IMG/VR virus record: IMGVR_UViG_3300002026_000001
Location: 32,001-96,000 of that record
DNA: 64,000 nucleotides
DNA from: a virus
Strand: one strand, 5' to 3'
Shown here: positions 10,326 to 20,579 of the stretch, one piece after another
Numbering within the stretch: position 1 is the stretch's first letter
Layout: each line of letters opens with the position of its first letter
The notes under the pieces: generated by a model
Database searches by the model: none
Seen by the model: the letters and a program-made list of their open reading frames with translations, nothing else
What the model was told of the DNA's origin: nothing
Made by a program: the position numbers and the translations under genes

Positions 10326-10742
10326 CTAGCTACCACTCGAAAGGTTGAATTTGTAACTCACCATCTTATCCCCAAGTTTCGGGATTCGATAACTCATATC
10401 GACGTAGTATTGTTGGTTTATGTAGTCTGGAACAACTGTGACAACGATTTCGGTGATTCGTTTTTCCCAAGCGTAAGCTGCTTCGCGCAAATCATCCCCA
10501 ATCATACTTGCAGTTACTTCGTCGATTGGGCTGAAGAGAAGTTCCATCAACGTGTTACCAAACTGTCGACGGAACACCCGGCTAAATTTGGGAGTGGCGA
10601 AGATTGTCTCAAGGCTTCTCTTGATAGAGTCTTCGTTGTAGATCAACTCGTAAGGGCTTGTGGACAACACATCGCAATTGACGTCCGAAAACACTATTCG
10701 TTGTGGAATCTCAAGTACTGGTTTTACTGCCATGACGATCAC
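10326..10742 (-). CDS. Baseplate wedge subunit gp25-like (GPW/gp25)
   Basis: IKRSLETIFATPKFSRVFRRQFG...WEKRI signature. Confidence 0.85.
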   Translation of the reverse strand: MIVMAVKPVLEIPQRIVFSDVNCDVLSTSPYELIYNEDSIKRSLETIFATPKFSRVFRRQFGNTLMELLFSPIDEVTASMIGDDLREAAYAWEKRITEIVVTVVPDYINQQYYVDMSYRIPKLGDKMVSYKFNLSSGS

Positions 10743-11038
10743 CCATTAACAAAGACGTCACCACTCCCTGTATTCATTGACGATCCGCATGCGACTGCGT
10801 CGCCAATTCTACATTTGGGGATTCCGTTGACAAAAACATTTGGACTGCCGCTGGCCGCAACGCTTGCATGGCATGGGTACGGTTTATCAGTGCAGCAGTG
10901 AACGGCCCACCCGTCTCCAACGCGGTGACTACCACGACTATTCACAAACACGTTTGGACTTGCGCTGATATTGTTACGCGGGGGCCAACATCCGTGACCA
11001 GCACACAAATCGCCTAGTCTATGAGCCGCTGGCATCAT
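10739..11038 (-). CDS. PAAR-repeat spike tip protein
   Basis: AAHRLGD, SPNVFVN, PKCRIGDAVACGS and His/Cys metal ligands. Confidence 0.9.
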   Translation of the reverse strand: MMPAAHRLGDLCAGHGCWPPRNNISASPNVFVNSRGSHRVGDGWAVHCCTDKPYPCHASVAASGSPNVFVNGIPKCRIGDAVACGSSMNTGSGDVFVNG

Positions 11039-11805
11039 AATCTCCCCGCATCACCGGACGCTAAAAGTCTGTAGACTGTCTTGTAGGACAGAAAACCCAA
11101 GTGATCACGCAAGTCCCCAAGAGAGTCAAAGATTTCGTTCATATACTCAACCTTCTGGCATTTGGTGGCTGCAACCTTCTGTGCAGAGCTAGACTTTCCA
11201 GTAACACGGATTGCCCCACTACGCATCAACCGTTCAACAGCTTCTCGCTTCAACCCAGTCTCACGAATCATACCCTGTTTGCTTGAATACACAACGCCTT
11301 GATACTTCAAAGTGTAAGCACCGCTTCCAACGTCGTACGAACCTCGCTCACGCCTAGTTGCAACTGCACGTTTTAAGTCGGATGGTTTGTGGCGTTTGGC
11401 GTAGAACGGATTGTCTGCACCTGCAAGACCTTTCAGAGAGTTTATACGGGCAATCTCTTTTTTCGACTTACCCAGTCTCCAATCCCCACCGACGGGTGCT
11501 CCACACTCCCCACCAGCAGTTGCGTTGTACCCGAAACCACGCTTGTCTGACTTGTGACGCTTGATAGACAGAATCTCATATTCGAGTGCTTCTGCTTTTG
11601 TGTCAAACTTTCGTAGCACACGGACTTTGAAATTCTCAATCCCGTACTTGCGAAGAGCGTGGCAAAGGGGGCGAATGTGCCCTGCGTTTGCATCACGCAT
11701 GTGTGCACGAAGACGCCGGGCCATCGTCATTGACGTGTAGCCGACATACTTCTTCCCTGACGGTGATGTCAGGAGATACACGCTAAAAACTTTGGCCGCT
11801 GGCAT
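11035..11805 (-). CDS. GIY-YIG homing endonuclease with NUMOD3-like motif
   Basis: SVYLLT...KYVGYT, R...H, E, GYN.T.GG, DNPFYAKRH; free-standing inside the baseplate cluster. Confidence 0.85.
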   Translation of the reverse strand: MPAAKVFSVYLLTSPSGKKYVGYTSMTMARRLRAHMRDANAGHIRPLCHALRKYGIENFKVRVLRKFDTKAEALEYEILSIKRHKSDKRGFGYNATAGGECGAPVGGDWRLGKSKKEIARINSLKGLAGADNPFYAKRHKPSDLKRAVATRRERGSYDVGSGAYTLKYQGVVYSSKQGMIRETGLKREAVERLMRSGAIRVTGKSSSAQKVAATKCQKVEYMNEIFDSLGDLRDHLGFLSYKTVYRLLASGDAGRL

Positions 11806-11815
11806 GACCGTTCTC

Positions 11816-12121
11816 CTAGTCAGTGTAAGCGTTTATCTCGTACTTTCCACTCGGCATTTTGTGCCATTGAAGGTGCAAGAACTTTCCAAGAGGTTTACCG
11901 CTGCGCAACTCAGAAAGTTCAATCGAACACCTTCCATCTGCGCCAGTCAAGAAACCTTCCCACGGAAACCCATCCTCATCAACAGGTGCAAGACCTGAAT
12001 GCTGTGCCAGCGCAAAGATTTCCTTGAGCGGTATGTGCTGGTAGTAGGTCTTGCATATATCAACCAGACCGGATTTCAAGCCGCTGTAGTTTGCCGCGCT
12101 GTTGCTAATCAAAATTTTCAT
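11816..12121 (-). CDS. Hypothetical protein with S-x-S leader (MKILISNSA)
   Basis: GGAGGA RBS and upstream CTAATTT motif. Confidence 0.7.
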   Translation of the reverse strand: MKILISNSAANYSGLKSGLVDICKTYYQHIPLKEIFALAQHSGLAPVDEDGFPWEGFLTGADGRCSIELSELRSGKPLGKFLHLQWHKMPSGKYEINAYTD

Positions 12122-12138
12122 AAATCCTCCAAGGACTC

Positions 12139-12145
12139 AAATTAG
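12139..12145 (-). promoter_or_regulatory. Putative phage (late) promoter element CTAATTT
   Basis: Intergenic, 17 nt upstream of ATG 12121; recurs at other intergenic sites. Confidence 0.5.
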
Positions 12146-12147
12146 CG

Positions 12148-13749
12148 TTAGGCTATGGCAACGCCACCAACTCCGGGACTGTTCTTCAATAGCAAGATTC
12201 CAGAGACGTACTTGTTGTTCGTGGAAACACGAGTCTTAAAGTTTGTCGTGCTCAACGCTTGCGAGTTGTAGGCAACGTGAATCCAAGGACGTGATCCACC
12301 ATATTCAAGAATCACTTCACTGAACGGCAGGTTATCTTTGATCCAAACTGCACGGTTGTAGTACTCTGTGTCAGTGATGCCGCCCCATTGCAAGTCAGTC
12401 GCACTTCCTTTGACGTGCCAACTCGTTGCTGAACCTTGCGCTACGGGGCGGAAGCCGCTTGTCACCATTGGCATGCCGTACTTTGCAGCAATCGGGTCGA
12501 GAAGGTTGAGAGCGTGCTGCTTCAGGTTGCATACGATCTGAGCGGCTGTCAGACCAGCTTGTGCCGTGACTGATGCGCGTTGAAGTTGTGCCGCTGTCGA
12601 CAACTGACCAAGTGTGAAGTATTTGCTTAACTGTAAGCTAGAGCTAAACGTTGTCTGACCTTCAAACTCTGAGCAGTCTTGTGGGACAGCGACCAATGCG
12701 TTCGGCGTCTTTGTATCTTGCTGAGAAGCGACTGGATTGTTTTGAATATCAGGATCGAGACCTTGTGATCGCATAGCGGCTGCCTGTTCTGCTGTTGGTG
12801 GTGTTGTTTGCCCTTCCATCAACATTGTTGAAATGTCTGAAGGTGCTGCAAGACTACTAAAGCCTTCGCCGGGTGCACCGCCGGGAATGCCGGGCCACTC
12901 AGTGAACACGTGGTCTGCCGCGTCTGCTGCTGTTGGCGCAGCACCGGGATCGCCGCTACCCATGCCTGAGTTTTCGTCAATGCGTGGCGCTTCAAGAACT
13001 ATATTCGCACCGGACTCAAGGAAGTTTGTCCCGCCAGAAAAGCGTTGACTCTGACCGCCACTACTCTCTTTGATCGTACCGTCAACTCGTTGCTGGAAGT
13101 TGCCATTGATGTTTCGGCCTTCGTTTCCGTTAACCAAGTGCGTTTCATTTCCGGTTATGTGTTCGTCGTAGTTGCCGTCGATCTTGCGCTTCAGGTTGCC
13201 GACTATGTGCTCATCAACATTTCCAAGCACGTGACGTCGAACGTTGCCGCGAATCAACTCGTCAACGTTGCCTGTGATTTCCAACTCGACATTTCCGTCG
13301 ATGTAGATTTTCACATCCCCCGGATTGCGAAGGTAGGCAACGTTGTCTTCGGTATCAACCACCAACATCGCTTTGTTCTGAAACCTGACGACCGCACGAT
13401 TTGGGTAGTGGTACAGACACTCTTCCATGCGAGTCTGTTCATCAACGTGGAAACCACAATACATCGGGAACAGCGCCTTCCCTTGCTGGAAGCGCAACCA
13501 GATTTTCGTATTCACCTTCGGAACATGAAACACGCCAGAGGTAGGCGAGCCACCGTCAACGTGATCCCAATCTGGAATTGCCCAAGGCAGAGCGTCATCA
13601 GAGATACCGTCTTGAATACCGACGATACGAGCACGGACCCGACCAAGCTTCTTTGGGTCGTTGTTGTTCACAACCATTGACTCGTACCACTTGAGCGGGT
13701 CGAGTCCCTGCTTCTCAGCTAAGTCAGAGCCGGGGTTTATCATGGTCAA
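12148..13749 (-). CDS. Baseplate central spike (gp5-like) with C-terminal peptidase M15 domain
   Basis: N-terminal OB fold (DPKKLGRVRARI, LPWA, VPKVNTKIWLRFQQG), beta-helix repeats (GNVDEHIVGN), C-terminal TSGFR...SWHVKGSATD...WIHVAY Zn-peptidase motifs. Confidence 0.85.
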   Translation of the reverse strand: MTMINPGSDLAEKQGLDPLKWYESMVVNNNDPKKLGRVRARIVGIQDGISDDALPWAIPDWDHVDGGSPTSGVFHVPKVNTKIWLRFQQGKALFPMYCGFHVDEQTRMEECLYHYPNRAVVRFQNKAMLVVDTEDNVAYLRNPGDVKIYIDGNVELEITGNVDELIRGNVRRHVLGNVDEHIVGNLKRKIDGNYDEHITGNETHLVNGNEGRNINGNFQQRVDGTIKESSGGQSQRFSGGTNFLESGANIVLEAPRIDENSGMGSGDPGAAPTAADAADHVFTEWPGIPGGAPGEGFSSLAAPSDISTMLMEGQTTPPTAEQAAAMRSQGLDPDIQNNPVASQQDTKTPNALVAVPQDCSEFEGQTTFSSSLQLSKYFTLGQLSTAAQLQRASVTAQAGLTAAQIVCNLKQHALNLLDPIAAKYGMPMVTSGFRPVAQGSATSWHVKGSATDLQWGGITDTEYYNRAVWIKDNLPFSEVILEYGGSRPWIHVAYNSQALSTTNFKTRVSTNNKYVSGILLLKNSPGVGGVAIA

Positions 13750-15788
13750 GCCTCAAAGCGTTGGATCATGTTTGTTAGTGGTCGCAGTGCAGAATCCAAC
13801 GTACTCACAGCCGTCGGCGTTGCAAACGCGTTTGTTGGGAGTAGGTTTGCACTTGTCGAGTTTGTTCTCAGACTTTCCTGCTGCAAGAACGCATGTAGTT
13901 GTGAGTCTGTCATGCTACGCGTCTGCATCAACGTATCTAACCGAGTCGGAAGGTTTGTTTGTTGAATCGCAGTGGGCATTTTCTGACCTTGCATGCACAG
14001 GACTGAAGAGTTCCACTGGTTTGAAACATGCTCAGACGTCACCATAACCAAGTTCTTCGTCTGGTTCGCTGCTTCAGCCAACGCCATAGCATCCGATACC
14101 TCGCGCAAGTCAATTGGTATCGCACTGACCGCCGCATCAAGCACCGAGCCAACGCGCGAGTATTGAGCCAAATGCAATATCTGCTGACCTATAGCAGGTA
14201 GAACACCAGCCGCCTGAGACAACGTTGTGATACGCATCGCTTGTGGTAGTGACGAAATCGCTGGAATAAGTTGCCCCGTTGAATCTCCAATCAATTGGCT
14301 TATGCCGGACAAGCTGTTCAAGTGTGCAAGCATTTGAAGTGACGAATTGGCTAAACCTCCAATAGCGTCTGTGATACCAAGTCCAGAACTGATAGCGTTG
14401 GAAAGTTCTGCTGCGGCAGAACCTACTTGAGATACAGTCCGGTTTGCTAAACCTTGTAGTGATTCTAGTGTGTGGAAGCTGTCAGCAACCACACCGTTGA
14501 GACTTGCGATATTCTTAATGCCGGGAAGCTGCGATGCAAGAGACGTTCCCATTGAATTGCGATTGATACTGATGTCAGGAATCATCGAACGTTCACTTGC
14601 AACGTTGCCCGGACCTTGTAGTTGTGCTTGGCCTTCCATAGTGAGACTCATCCTTGCAAGTTCGAGACGTTCTGCGTAGTGAATACCGCTGCGAATAACA
14701 AGTGTTTTCCCAACGACCAGATAAATGTCGGTGTTTCTCACCGGAGCATTTAGATCGGCATCGGCTTGTCGGTAGACGACAACATCATACAACTGAACTT
14801 CGGTTACCTCTGTCACCAACAATGACATCTTCTCGGTGAACAACGCGAGGATTTTCATATTCTGGTAGACTGCGTCTTGAAACTGCTCATGCGTGTTGCC
14901 ACAATCAATCGGCGCGTAGTCATAACGCGACTTCTTAATCATGTCTGCCACTTCTTTGTTGAGCGCGAGGTACGAACCCGGTGTCTTGACTGCGAGTGAC
15001 GTGATCTGCTTGGGCTTTCCATCGAGGCTGTTGTGAACGCGTGTCGAACCGTAGTTCATTGCACTCGCCATGAATCCGGCAGTGCTCTTATCATGTGCTT
15101 CCTTGACCAAGTACGTCTTTTTGTGAGACTCGTTGGAGTTGTATCGAGCGTTGTGCGTAAACACAAACTGAATCTTCGCCTCCGGTGTGTTTATCACGTC
15201 AATCAAGTTGCGATAACGAATCTCACCGTAGCTGGTGACAGTAGCCGACATACCGCTATGCTGGTCCATCCAACCGTGACGAACAGTTTCCGACAAGAAC
15301 GTCTGACGATTCTTGCAGATGTTGAGCCACGTTGATTGCCTATCATTCATCTGGCGACCGTTGTACTCTTGGGGGCCAGAAAACGTCATGTCACAGCGAC
15401 TAGCCAATTGCTTCAGCACCGCATCTGTCGTCCCCTCGTAGCTTTCTTGAACTGAGGCAGAGACAAACTTCGGTGAATTGAGTATTGCGACAAACTTCAC
15501 TGTCGGGTTGAGGGCGTTGTTTGCACGGATCGGTCCGAACACTCGGTACTTGCGATACCCAACTCGGTTGTCTTTCATTGACCTTGCGATCAAGATTTCA
15601 ACCTTGTTGCCTTCAGACAAAGTATGCGACGAGGCCAGTAAGCTTTTCGGGTCTGCTAGGTCCAGAGACATAGTCGGGCAGAGAACACCATTGCCCTCGC
15701 ACAACGTAATGTTTTGCAAACCAGCGTACTCAACTTCTTGGTCGTCAATCTTCAGCGAAACAAATACGTCGTCCTGTATAGTTAGCAT
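13746..15788 (-). CDS. Baseplate hub protein (gp27-like) with long helical C-terminal extension
   Basis: Position between gp53-like and gp5-like genes; start set at MLTIQDD because the upstream extension overlaps the gp53-like ORF. Confidence 0.6.
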   Translation of the reverse strand: MLTIQDDVFVSLKIDDQEVEYAGLQNITLCEGNGVLCPTMSLDLADPKSLLASSHTLSEGNKVEILIARSMKDNRVGYRKYRVFGPIRANNALNPTVKFVAILNSPKFVSASVQESYEGTTDAVLKQLASRCDMTFSGPQEYNGRQMNDRQSTWLNICKNRQTFLSETVRHGWMDQHSGMSATVTSYGEIRYRNLIDVINTPEAKIQFVFTHNARYNSNESHKKTYLVKEAHDKSTAGFMASAMNYGSTRVHNSLDGKPKQITSLAVKTPGSYLALNKEVADMIKKSRYDYAPIDCGNTHEQFQDAVYQNMKILALFTEKMSLLVTEVTEVQLYDVVVYRQADADLNAPVRNTDIYLVVGKTLVIRSGIHYAERLELARMSLTMEGQAQLQGPGNVASERSMIPDISINRNSMGTSLASQLPGIKNIASLNGVVADSFHTLESLQGLANRTVSQVGSAAAELSNAISSGLGITDAIGGLANSSLQMLAHLNSLSGISQLIGDSTGQLIPAISSLPQAMRITTLSQAAGVLPAIGQQILHLAQYSRVGSVLDAAVSAIPIDLREVSDAMALAEAANQTKNLVMVTSEHVSNQWNSSVLCMQGQKMPTAIQQTNLPTRLDTLMQTRSMTDSQLHAFLQQESLRTNSTSANLLPTNAFATPTAVSTLDSALRPLTNMIQRFEA

Positions 15789-15796
15789 GGCTGTTC

Positions 15797-16153
15797 TCAG
15801 ATCACTACAATGTTGTTCTGACCGGTGCTGTTCTGAACAACAAGTGTTTGGTTGGTTATCGCGGTGATTGCCCCGAGGTCTGGAATCTTCAACGTCAACC
15901 CCTCGACAATATCGCGGAACCGGCAAATGCCGTTGTACGTCAGGATGTGCCACCAAAAGTCTTCTGACCCATACTCACGCAACGAGATAAGGTCAGCAGC
16001 GCCACGCTCTTCCTGCGTGACCTCGTGGTTTCTAAACTGCTTGATCTTCAAAACCTCCGGGACGATCTTGTCAAGCAATGGATCAATACCGTACTTGTCA
16101 GTCACGACCGCGTACGCCCTGAAGAATTTATTATTCCAATCGGGGCTATACAT
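15797..16153 (-). CDS. Baseplate wedge protein gp53-like (LysM/gpX-like)
   Basis: ADLISLREYGSEDFWWHILTYNGI...GLTLKIP signature; AGGTGG RBS before MYSPDW. Confidence 0.75.
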   Translation of the reverse strand: MYSPDWNNKFFRAYAVVTDKYGIDPLLDKIVPEVLKIKQFRNHEVTQEERGAADLISLREYGSEDFWWHILTYNGICRFRDIVEGLTLKIPDLGAITAITNQTLVVQNSTGQNNIVVI

Positions 16154-16176
16154 AAAAACCACCTTTTTTGCACTTA

Positions 16177-16183
16177 CTAATTT
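16177..16183 (+). promoter_or_regulatory. Putative phage promoter element CTAATTT (plus strand)
   Basis: 29 nt upstream of the only plus-strand gene and oriented with it. Confidence 0.55.
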
Positions 16184-16212
16184 CTTTAGGACTTACGATA
16201 AAGGAGCATGTC

Positions 16213-17157
16213 ATGAAAACCCCCAAGACAATAGAGTTTATTAAGAAGGCGCGGTTGGTTCACGGTAACAGGTACGTGTATAAAGACGTTGACTATGCGA
16301 CGGCGTTGGTTAAAATTACAATCATCTGCCGAAAGCACGGACCATTTCAAATGTCACCAAACATGCACCTTGGAGGTCAAAACTGTCAAACGTGCTCTCA
16401 AATCGCAAGAAACGAGAGTCGTCAAGATACGACGGAAAGCTTTGTGCGGAAAGCGATCAAAAAACACAAAGACTTATACACCTACGACCGCGTCAGGTAT
16501 AAAAATTCACAAACTGACGTCTTGATTGGGTGCAGGGTCCACGGGCTGTTTAAGCAACGTCCTGTAAACCATTTAAACGGTCAAGGGTGTTCAAAATGTT
16601 GCTATGAAGGTCGTGGAACACGTAGACAAAAAGGACTTGACCATTTCATATTGCGTGCGTCGGAAGTGCATGGGTCAACGTACGATTACTCGGAAGTTAA
16701 ATACGACAAGTGTGACAAGGACGTTGTTATCAGATGCAAGACGCATGGAACTTTCAAGCAAAAGCCTATGAACCACTACAAGGGTCAAGGTTGTCCGCTC
16801 TGTGCAGAACGTCTGAGATATTCAAAGATTGCAATAGAGTGGATTGAGTACGAGACTAAACGTAGACGGTTGAAAAATGTAATGCACGCTGAAAACGGTG
16901 GTGAGTTTTGCATACCCGGAACTAAGTACAAAGCAGACGGGTTTCACAAGGCTTCAAACACTGTCTTTGAATTCTACGGTGACTGCTACCACGGAAATCT
17001 TGAACGGTATAGGCCAATGTCTAAGCCAAACCCATTCTCCAATAAAACTGCAAAACAACTGTACCATGAAACCGTGAGGCGTGAAAACGAGCTTCGGTCT
17101 CTTGGGTATATTGTCGTATCAATTTGGGAACGTGACTACAACTCAATGAAGAAGTGA
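16213..17157 (+). CDS. Homing endonuclease: three Zn-ribbon repeats plus Vsr/PD-(D/E)xK-like nuclease domain
   Basis: 3x Y.Y..V.Y...V.I.C..HG.F...P..H..G.GC..C repeats; YKADGF...VFEFYGDCYHG; AAGGAG RBS. Confidence 0.8.
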   Translation: MKTPKTIEFIKKARLVHGNRYVYKDVDYATALVKITIICRKHGPFQMSPNMHLGGQNCQTCSQIARNESRQDTTESFVRKAIKKHKDLYTYDRVRYKNSQTDVLIGCRVHGLFKQRPVNHLNGQGCSKCCYEGRGTRRQKGLDHFILRASEVHGSTYDYSEVKYDKCDKDVVIRCKTHGTFKQKPMNHYKGQGCPLCAERLRYSKIAIEWIEYETKRRRLKNVMHAENGGEFCIPGTKYKADGFHKASNTVFEFYGDCYHGNLERYRPMSKPNPFSNKTAKQLYHETVRRENELRSLGYIVVSIWERDYNSMKK

Positions 17158-17164
17158 TACATGA

Positions 17165-17893
17165 TTAGCCGCCTTCGCTGTCACGATCCCTCTTATCAAA
17201 GAGTGCATCAATGTCTTTGGTTGTGAAGCAAGTGAAATAACTCTTCACGTCGATTGTCACTTTCGCTTTATGCGGTGTTCCAGAAGCACCCATGATATTG
17301 TCGAACTGAATATCAACACGATCAACGATGCAGTTGTAAAGCGAGAGAAACGTACCTATGTGAAGGCTGATCCGACGGCCACCCATCAACTGATTTGCTA
17401 TCGTTGGTCCCGGAGCTTTTAAAACCATGCTCATACCAAAGAGACCTTCTTCCGACGGGGCAACTAGCTTCAATAGGTTTCGACACCGTTCTTTGATTTC
17501 GCGCTCTGCGTTACGAACTGCTATGAATGTGAACGGAATCGAGAATCCGATAGGATCAGATGATTGCCATACCTGTGCAGAAGTTGCACGAGTACGTGCG
17601 GCAAGACCAGTCAGTTCGGAAAGCTTCTCAATCGCGCCACCGCCTTTAACGCCCCGGAGTGCGTCCTGCAAAACGTTTGCGTACGGTGCATTCCACTGGC
17701 TCGCCATTGAAAGCGAAAACGATTCATCAACAGACGTCGACACACTGAAAGGTGCACCACCGTTAACGTTTTTATCACCAGAGACGCGAAGGGTGATAAT
17801 GTATTGCGGGGCGACACCATAGTCAAGCGCGTATTGTTCATCTGACGGAACTGGCGGTCCTGAAGCGTCACTTAAAATAGGAACATTTGCCAT
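17165..17893 (-). CDS. Baseplate tail-tube initiator (gp48/gp54-like)
   Basis: Follows the tape measure; QVWQSSDPIGFSIPFTF and CIVDRVDIQFD tube-fold-like motifs. Confidence 0.6.
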   Translation of the reverse strand: MANVPILSDASGPPVPSDEQYALDYGVAPQYIITLRVSGDKNVNGGAPFSVSTSVDESFSLSMASQWNAPYANVLQDALRGVKGGGAIEKLSELTGLAARTRATSAQVWQSSDPIGFSIPFTFIAVRNAEREIKERCRNLLKLVAPSEEGLFGMSMVLKAPGPTIANQLMGGRRISLHIGTFLSLYNCIVDRVDIQFDNIMGASGTPHKAKVTIDVKSYFTCFTTKDIDALFDKRDRDSEGG

Positions 17894-17903
17894 AACTGTT
17901 TGC

Positions 17904-20579
17904 CTACACGTGGCCCAAATTTATAAGCACCAGTCCAAGGTCGTTGATAACGACTGGGATGCTTGAAAGGTCGGGTTGGTTGTTCGATGCTTGCTGCTTG
18001 TCGGACGTAGGAGCGGCGGTCGGTGCAGGTGCCTGTTTCATATCTTCGGCGTTTGCAACAACTACTTTCTTCGACTCTTCAGCAGCGGCAGTGCTTACTT
18101 TCGGGAATGCTTCTTTTCTCGTGCTCAGTACTTCAGGTGCGGTCGTGGCAACTTGCGTAGGCAACTGAGTTGTCGTTGTAGATGATGGAGTAACTGGCTG
18201 TGGCTTCGACGAGTCAGCCTTCGCTAGTTCAACAGGCTTCTTCACAGCATCAACTTGAGTTGGGTTTGCAGCGTACTTGTTTGCAGCGGCCAACTTCTTG
18301 TCGGCAACTTCCTTCAAGTAACCTTTGTTGATGTTGTTACCTTCACCAGCGATTGCCTGTGTCGTTGCTCGGCTTGCTTCATCAAGGCTCATATCGTTCA
18401 ACGCTTTGCCACTCTTGCGTGCAACGTTTTCAGTGCGGTCCTTGGTGTATGCGACCGCAAGCTTCGCGGAAACCTCTGGATCATTTGCAAGTTCTGGATT
18501 CTTCACCAGCCTGTCATCACCGTAAATCTGTTGGCTGTACTTGGCGTAGTTGTCTTTTCCAGTCAGTTGAATATGACCGCGACCACGGAAATCGTACCCA
18601 CCCATGTCGCCATACATCTTGTCGCCAAACGCTTTCGGGTCTTGCTTCAACGCCGTCAACTCGTCGTCAGACATACCCTTCGTCTTGGACTTGAAGATTC
18701 CACGAATACGCTCGTTGCTTGAACCAGCGTAGTTCATGTTTTCGGACTTTGCATTGAACCCACTCTCGACCGCAATGTTTCCCATCAGAGCAGCTTGAGC
18801 GTTCTTGCTCATGCCTGACTTTTCCATTTCAGCAACGAGTGCTTTCTTCTGCGTTTCCGTATCAGCGTTGTACGTTCCTTTGATGTCACCAGCCGCTTGC
18901 TTGACTGATGCTCCAATATCACCCATACCACGTTTTGCAGTACGCGTACCTTGGTCGATTACACCTGCAACGCCGCGTTCTTGGTACCCTTTCTGAACTG
19001 CACCGACTGTCGCGCTTGCGGTATCACCAACAGCGGTCGCAACGTTGCGAACGCCGGACCCAACACTTGATGCGACGTTGCCGACCTTCTCAACGCCTTG
19101 ATTGAGCGCGGCTTTAGCACTGCTCCAAGCACCTGAGAACATACCACCGAGGTTGCTGATACCTTTCTCAAGGTTGTCACCAAACTCTGCGACTCCGGTC
19201 TTAACGCTCGTGCCGAAAGCTTCAGCACCTTTTTGAATTCGATCACCAACTTCTTCAAGCTTCGGACCGAAATCATTCTTCAAGGCATCACGTGCATCTT
19301 TGCTGAACGGCGACAACACAGCAGCCATTGTCGTACCGAGCGCAGTGTCGATACCAGTACCGTCGAGAAGACCACCTTTCTCACCAGCGTCTTCACGCCT
19401 GTCTGCAAGTATTCTATCTGTCCAACTGTTGCCGCTATCGTTCCACAGTGACGATGGATCAAGTGTTTGAGCAATATCAGTTGCAGCACCACCAGCACGG
19501 AGAGCAAGAAACTTCGCCATGCTTCCCATAGAGCCGTCGCCAAGATCAGACGTATCAGTTCCAAAACGTCTTGCGTAACGGTCTGTCGAATCTTCTTTAC
19601 TTCCTTCGGTGACTGCACCAACCGCTGCAAGTGGTGCGGCAATGTGTCCGAGGAAACGTCCAGCGGTTCCCAACATTGGAGTGGCACGTGTCATCAAACC
19701 GCCACCGGCTTCAGCGACTTTACTCAGCAGACCACCACCGGCTTCAGCCGCTTTACTGAACAAACCACCACCAGCACGCATTGCTGTTGCGCCAACTTCA
19801 CCGATAGTTCCAATTGCACGTCCACCAGCACCGAGTGCAGAACGACCAAGACCGGCAGCGCGACTAAGCAGACCACCGGACTCTGAAGCACCTAGAACAT
19901 TGCGACCAGCACCCAACACTCGTGAACCGAAGCCAGAAACCGTTTCGCCAATTGATCCAAGCGCACGTCCAACACGACCAAACCTCCCTGCCTTACCTAG
20001 ACCGGGAGGTTTCTGTGGACCAATCTTTGCAGCTTCTTTTGCAGCTTTACGGCCTTGCTTCCAGTCTTTGAAATCCTTCCACGCTTCACGCGCATCCATC
20101 ACGTCATCAACGATTGACGACTTTGCGTTTTGGAATGCTTGACGCGCTTTGGCAACGTGTGAAAGTTTCTTCTCGCCAGTACCGCTTTGGCCGTCACGCT
20201 TTGAATACGTGTCGTCTTTACTGTTTGGCGGAGGGGCAGTCTGCTTGACCAACGTCTTGTTGAGTTCCGTCATCAGCTTCAACTGCTTTGCAATTTCTGC
20301 AAGATGGACGTTTGTTTGCTTCGCCGACCCTTGATTCAACTCGCTAATACGCTGGAACGAAGTCACTGTCGCACGAATACCACTTTTGACAGAGTCCTTC
20401 AGAGAACCAATGCCACCAACAACTGAACGCGTTTGCTTTTCTGCCTCAGCACCACGCTTTCCGGTCAGGTCAGCAGTGTTGCCAGTGTTTGCCGCCAACG
20501 CTTCAAGAAGTTCTTGCGGACTTGATTGGTCTGCTTCCTGTTTTTCGCGGACGGATTTCAAATAATCTGCTAGTGACAT
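17904..20579 (-). CDS. Tape measure or hub protein with GH19 (chitinase-like) muralytic domain
   Basis: Gly/Ala-rich helical region; ALMGNIAVESGF...FRGRGHIQLTGKDNY...NPELAND GH19 signature; downstream of tail tube and chaperone genes. Confidence 0.75.
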   Translation of the reverse strand: MSLADYLKSVREKQEADQSSPQELLEALAANTGNTADLTGKRGAEAEKQTRSVVGGIGSLKDSVKSGIRATVTSFQRISELNQGSAKQTNVHLAEIAKQLKLMTELNKTLVKQTAPPPNSKDDTYSKRDGQSGTGEKKLSHVAKARQAFQNAKSSIVDDVMDAREAWKDFKDWKQGRKAAKEAAKIGPQKPPGLGKAGRFGRVGRALGSIGETVSGFGSRVLGAGRNVLGASESGGLLSRAAGLGRSALGAGGRAIGTIGEVGATAMRAGGGLFSKAAEAGGGLLSKVAEAGGGLMTRATPMLGTAGRFLGHIAAPLAAVGAVTEGSKEDSTDRYARRFGTDTSDLGDGSMGSMAKFLALRAGGAATDIAQTLDPSSLWNDSGNSWTDRILADRREDAGEKGGLLDGTGIDTALGTTMAAVLSPFSKDARDALKNDFGPKLEEVGDRIQKGAEAFGTSVKTGVAEFGDNLEKGISNLGGMFSGAWSSAKAALNQGVEKVGNVASSVGSGVRNVATAVGDTASATVGAVQKGYQERGVAGVIDQGTRTAKRGMGDIGASVKQAAGDIKGTYNADTETQKKALVAEMEKSGMSKNAQAALMGNIAVESGFNAKSENMNYAGSSNERIRGIFKSKTKGMSDDELTALKQDPKAFGDKMYGDMGGYDFRGRGHIQLTGKDNYAKYSQQIYGDDRLVKNPELANDPEVSAKLAVAYTKDRTENVARKSGKALNDMSLDEASRATTQAIAGEGNNINKGYLKEVADKKLAAANKYAANPTQVDAVKKPVELAKADSSKPQPVTPSSTTTTQLPTQVATTAPEVLSTRKEAFPKVSTAAAEESKKVVVANAEDMKQAPAPTAAPTSDKQQASNNQPDLSSIPVVINDLGLVLINLGHV

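Noticed and set aside
15789-15956. N-terminal extension of the 736-aa hub ORF
   Set aside because: Overlaps the gp53-like gene in another frame; the real start is likely ATG 15788
19695-19775. 33-bp near-tandem repeat
   Set aside because: Encodes the GGGL.SK.AEA peptide repeat typical of tape measure proteins; no separate function evident
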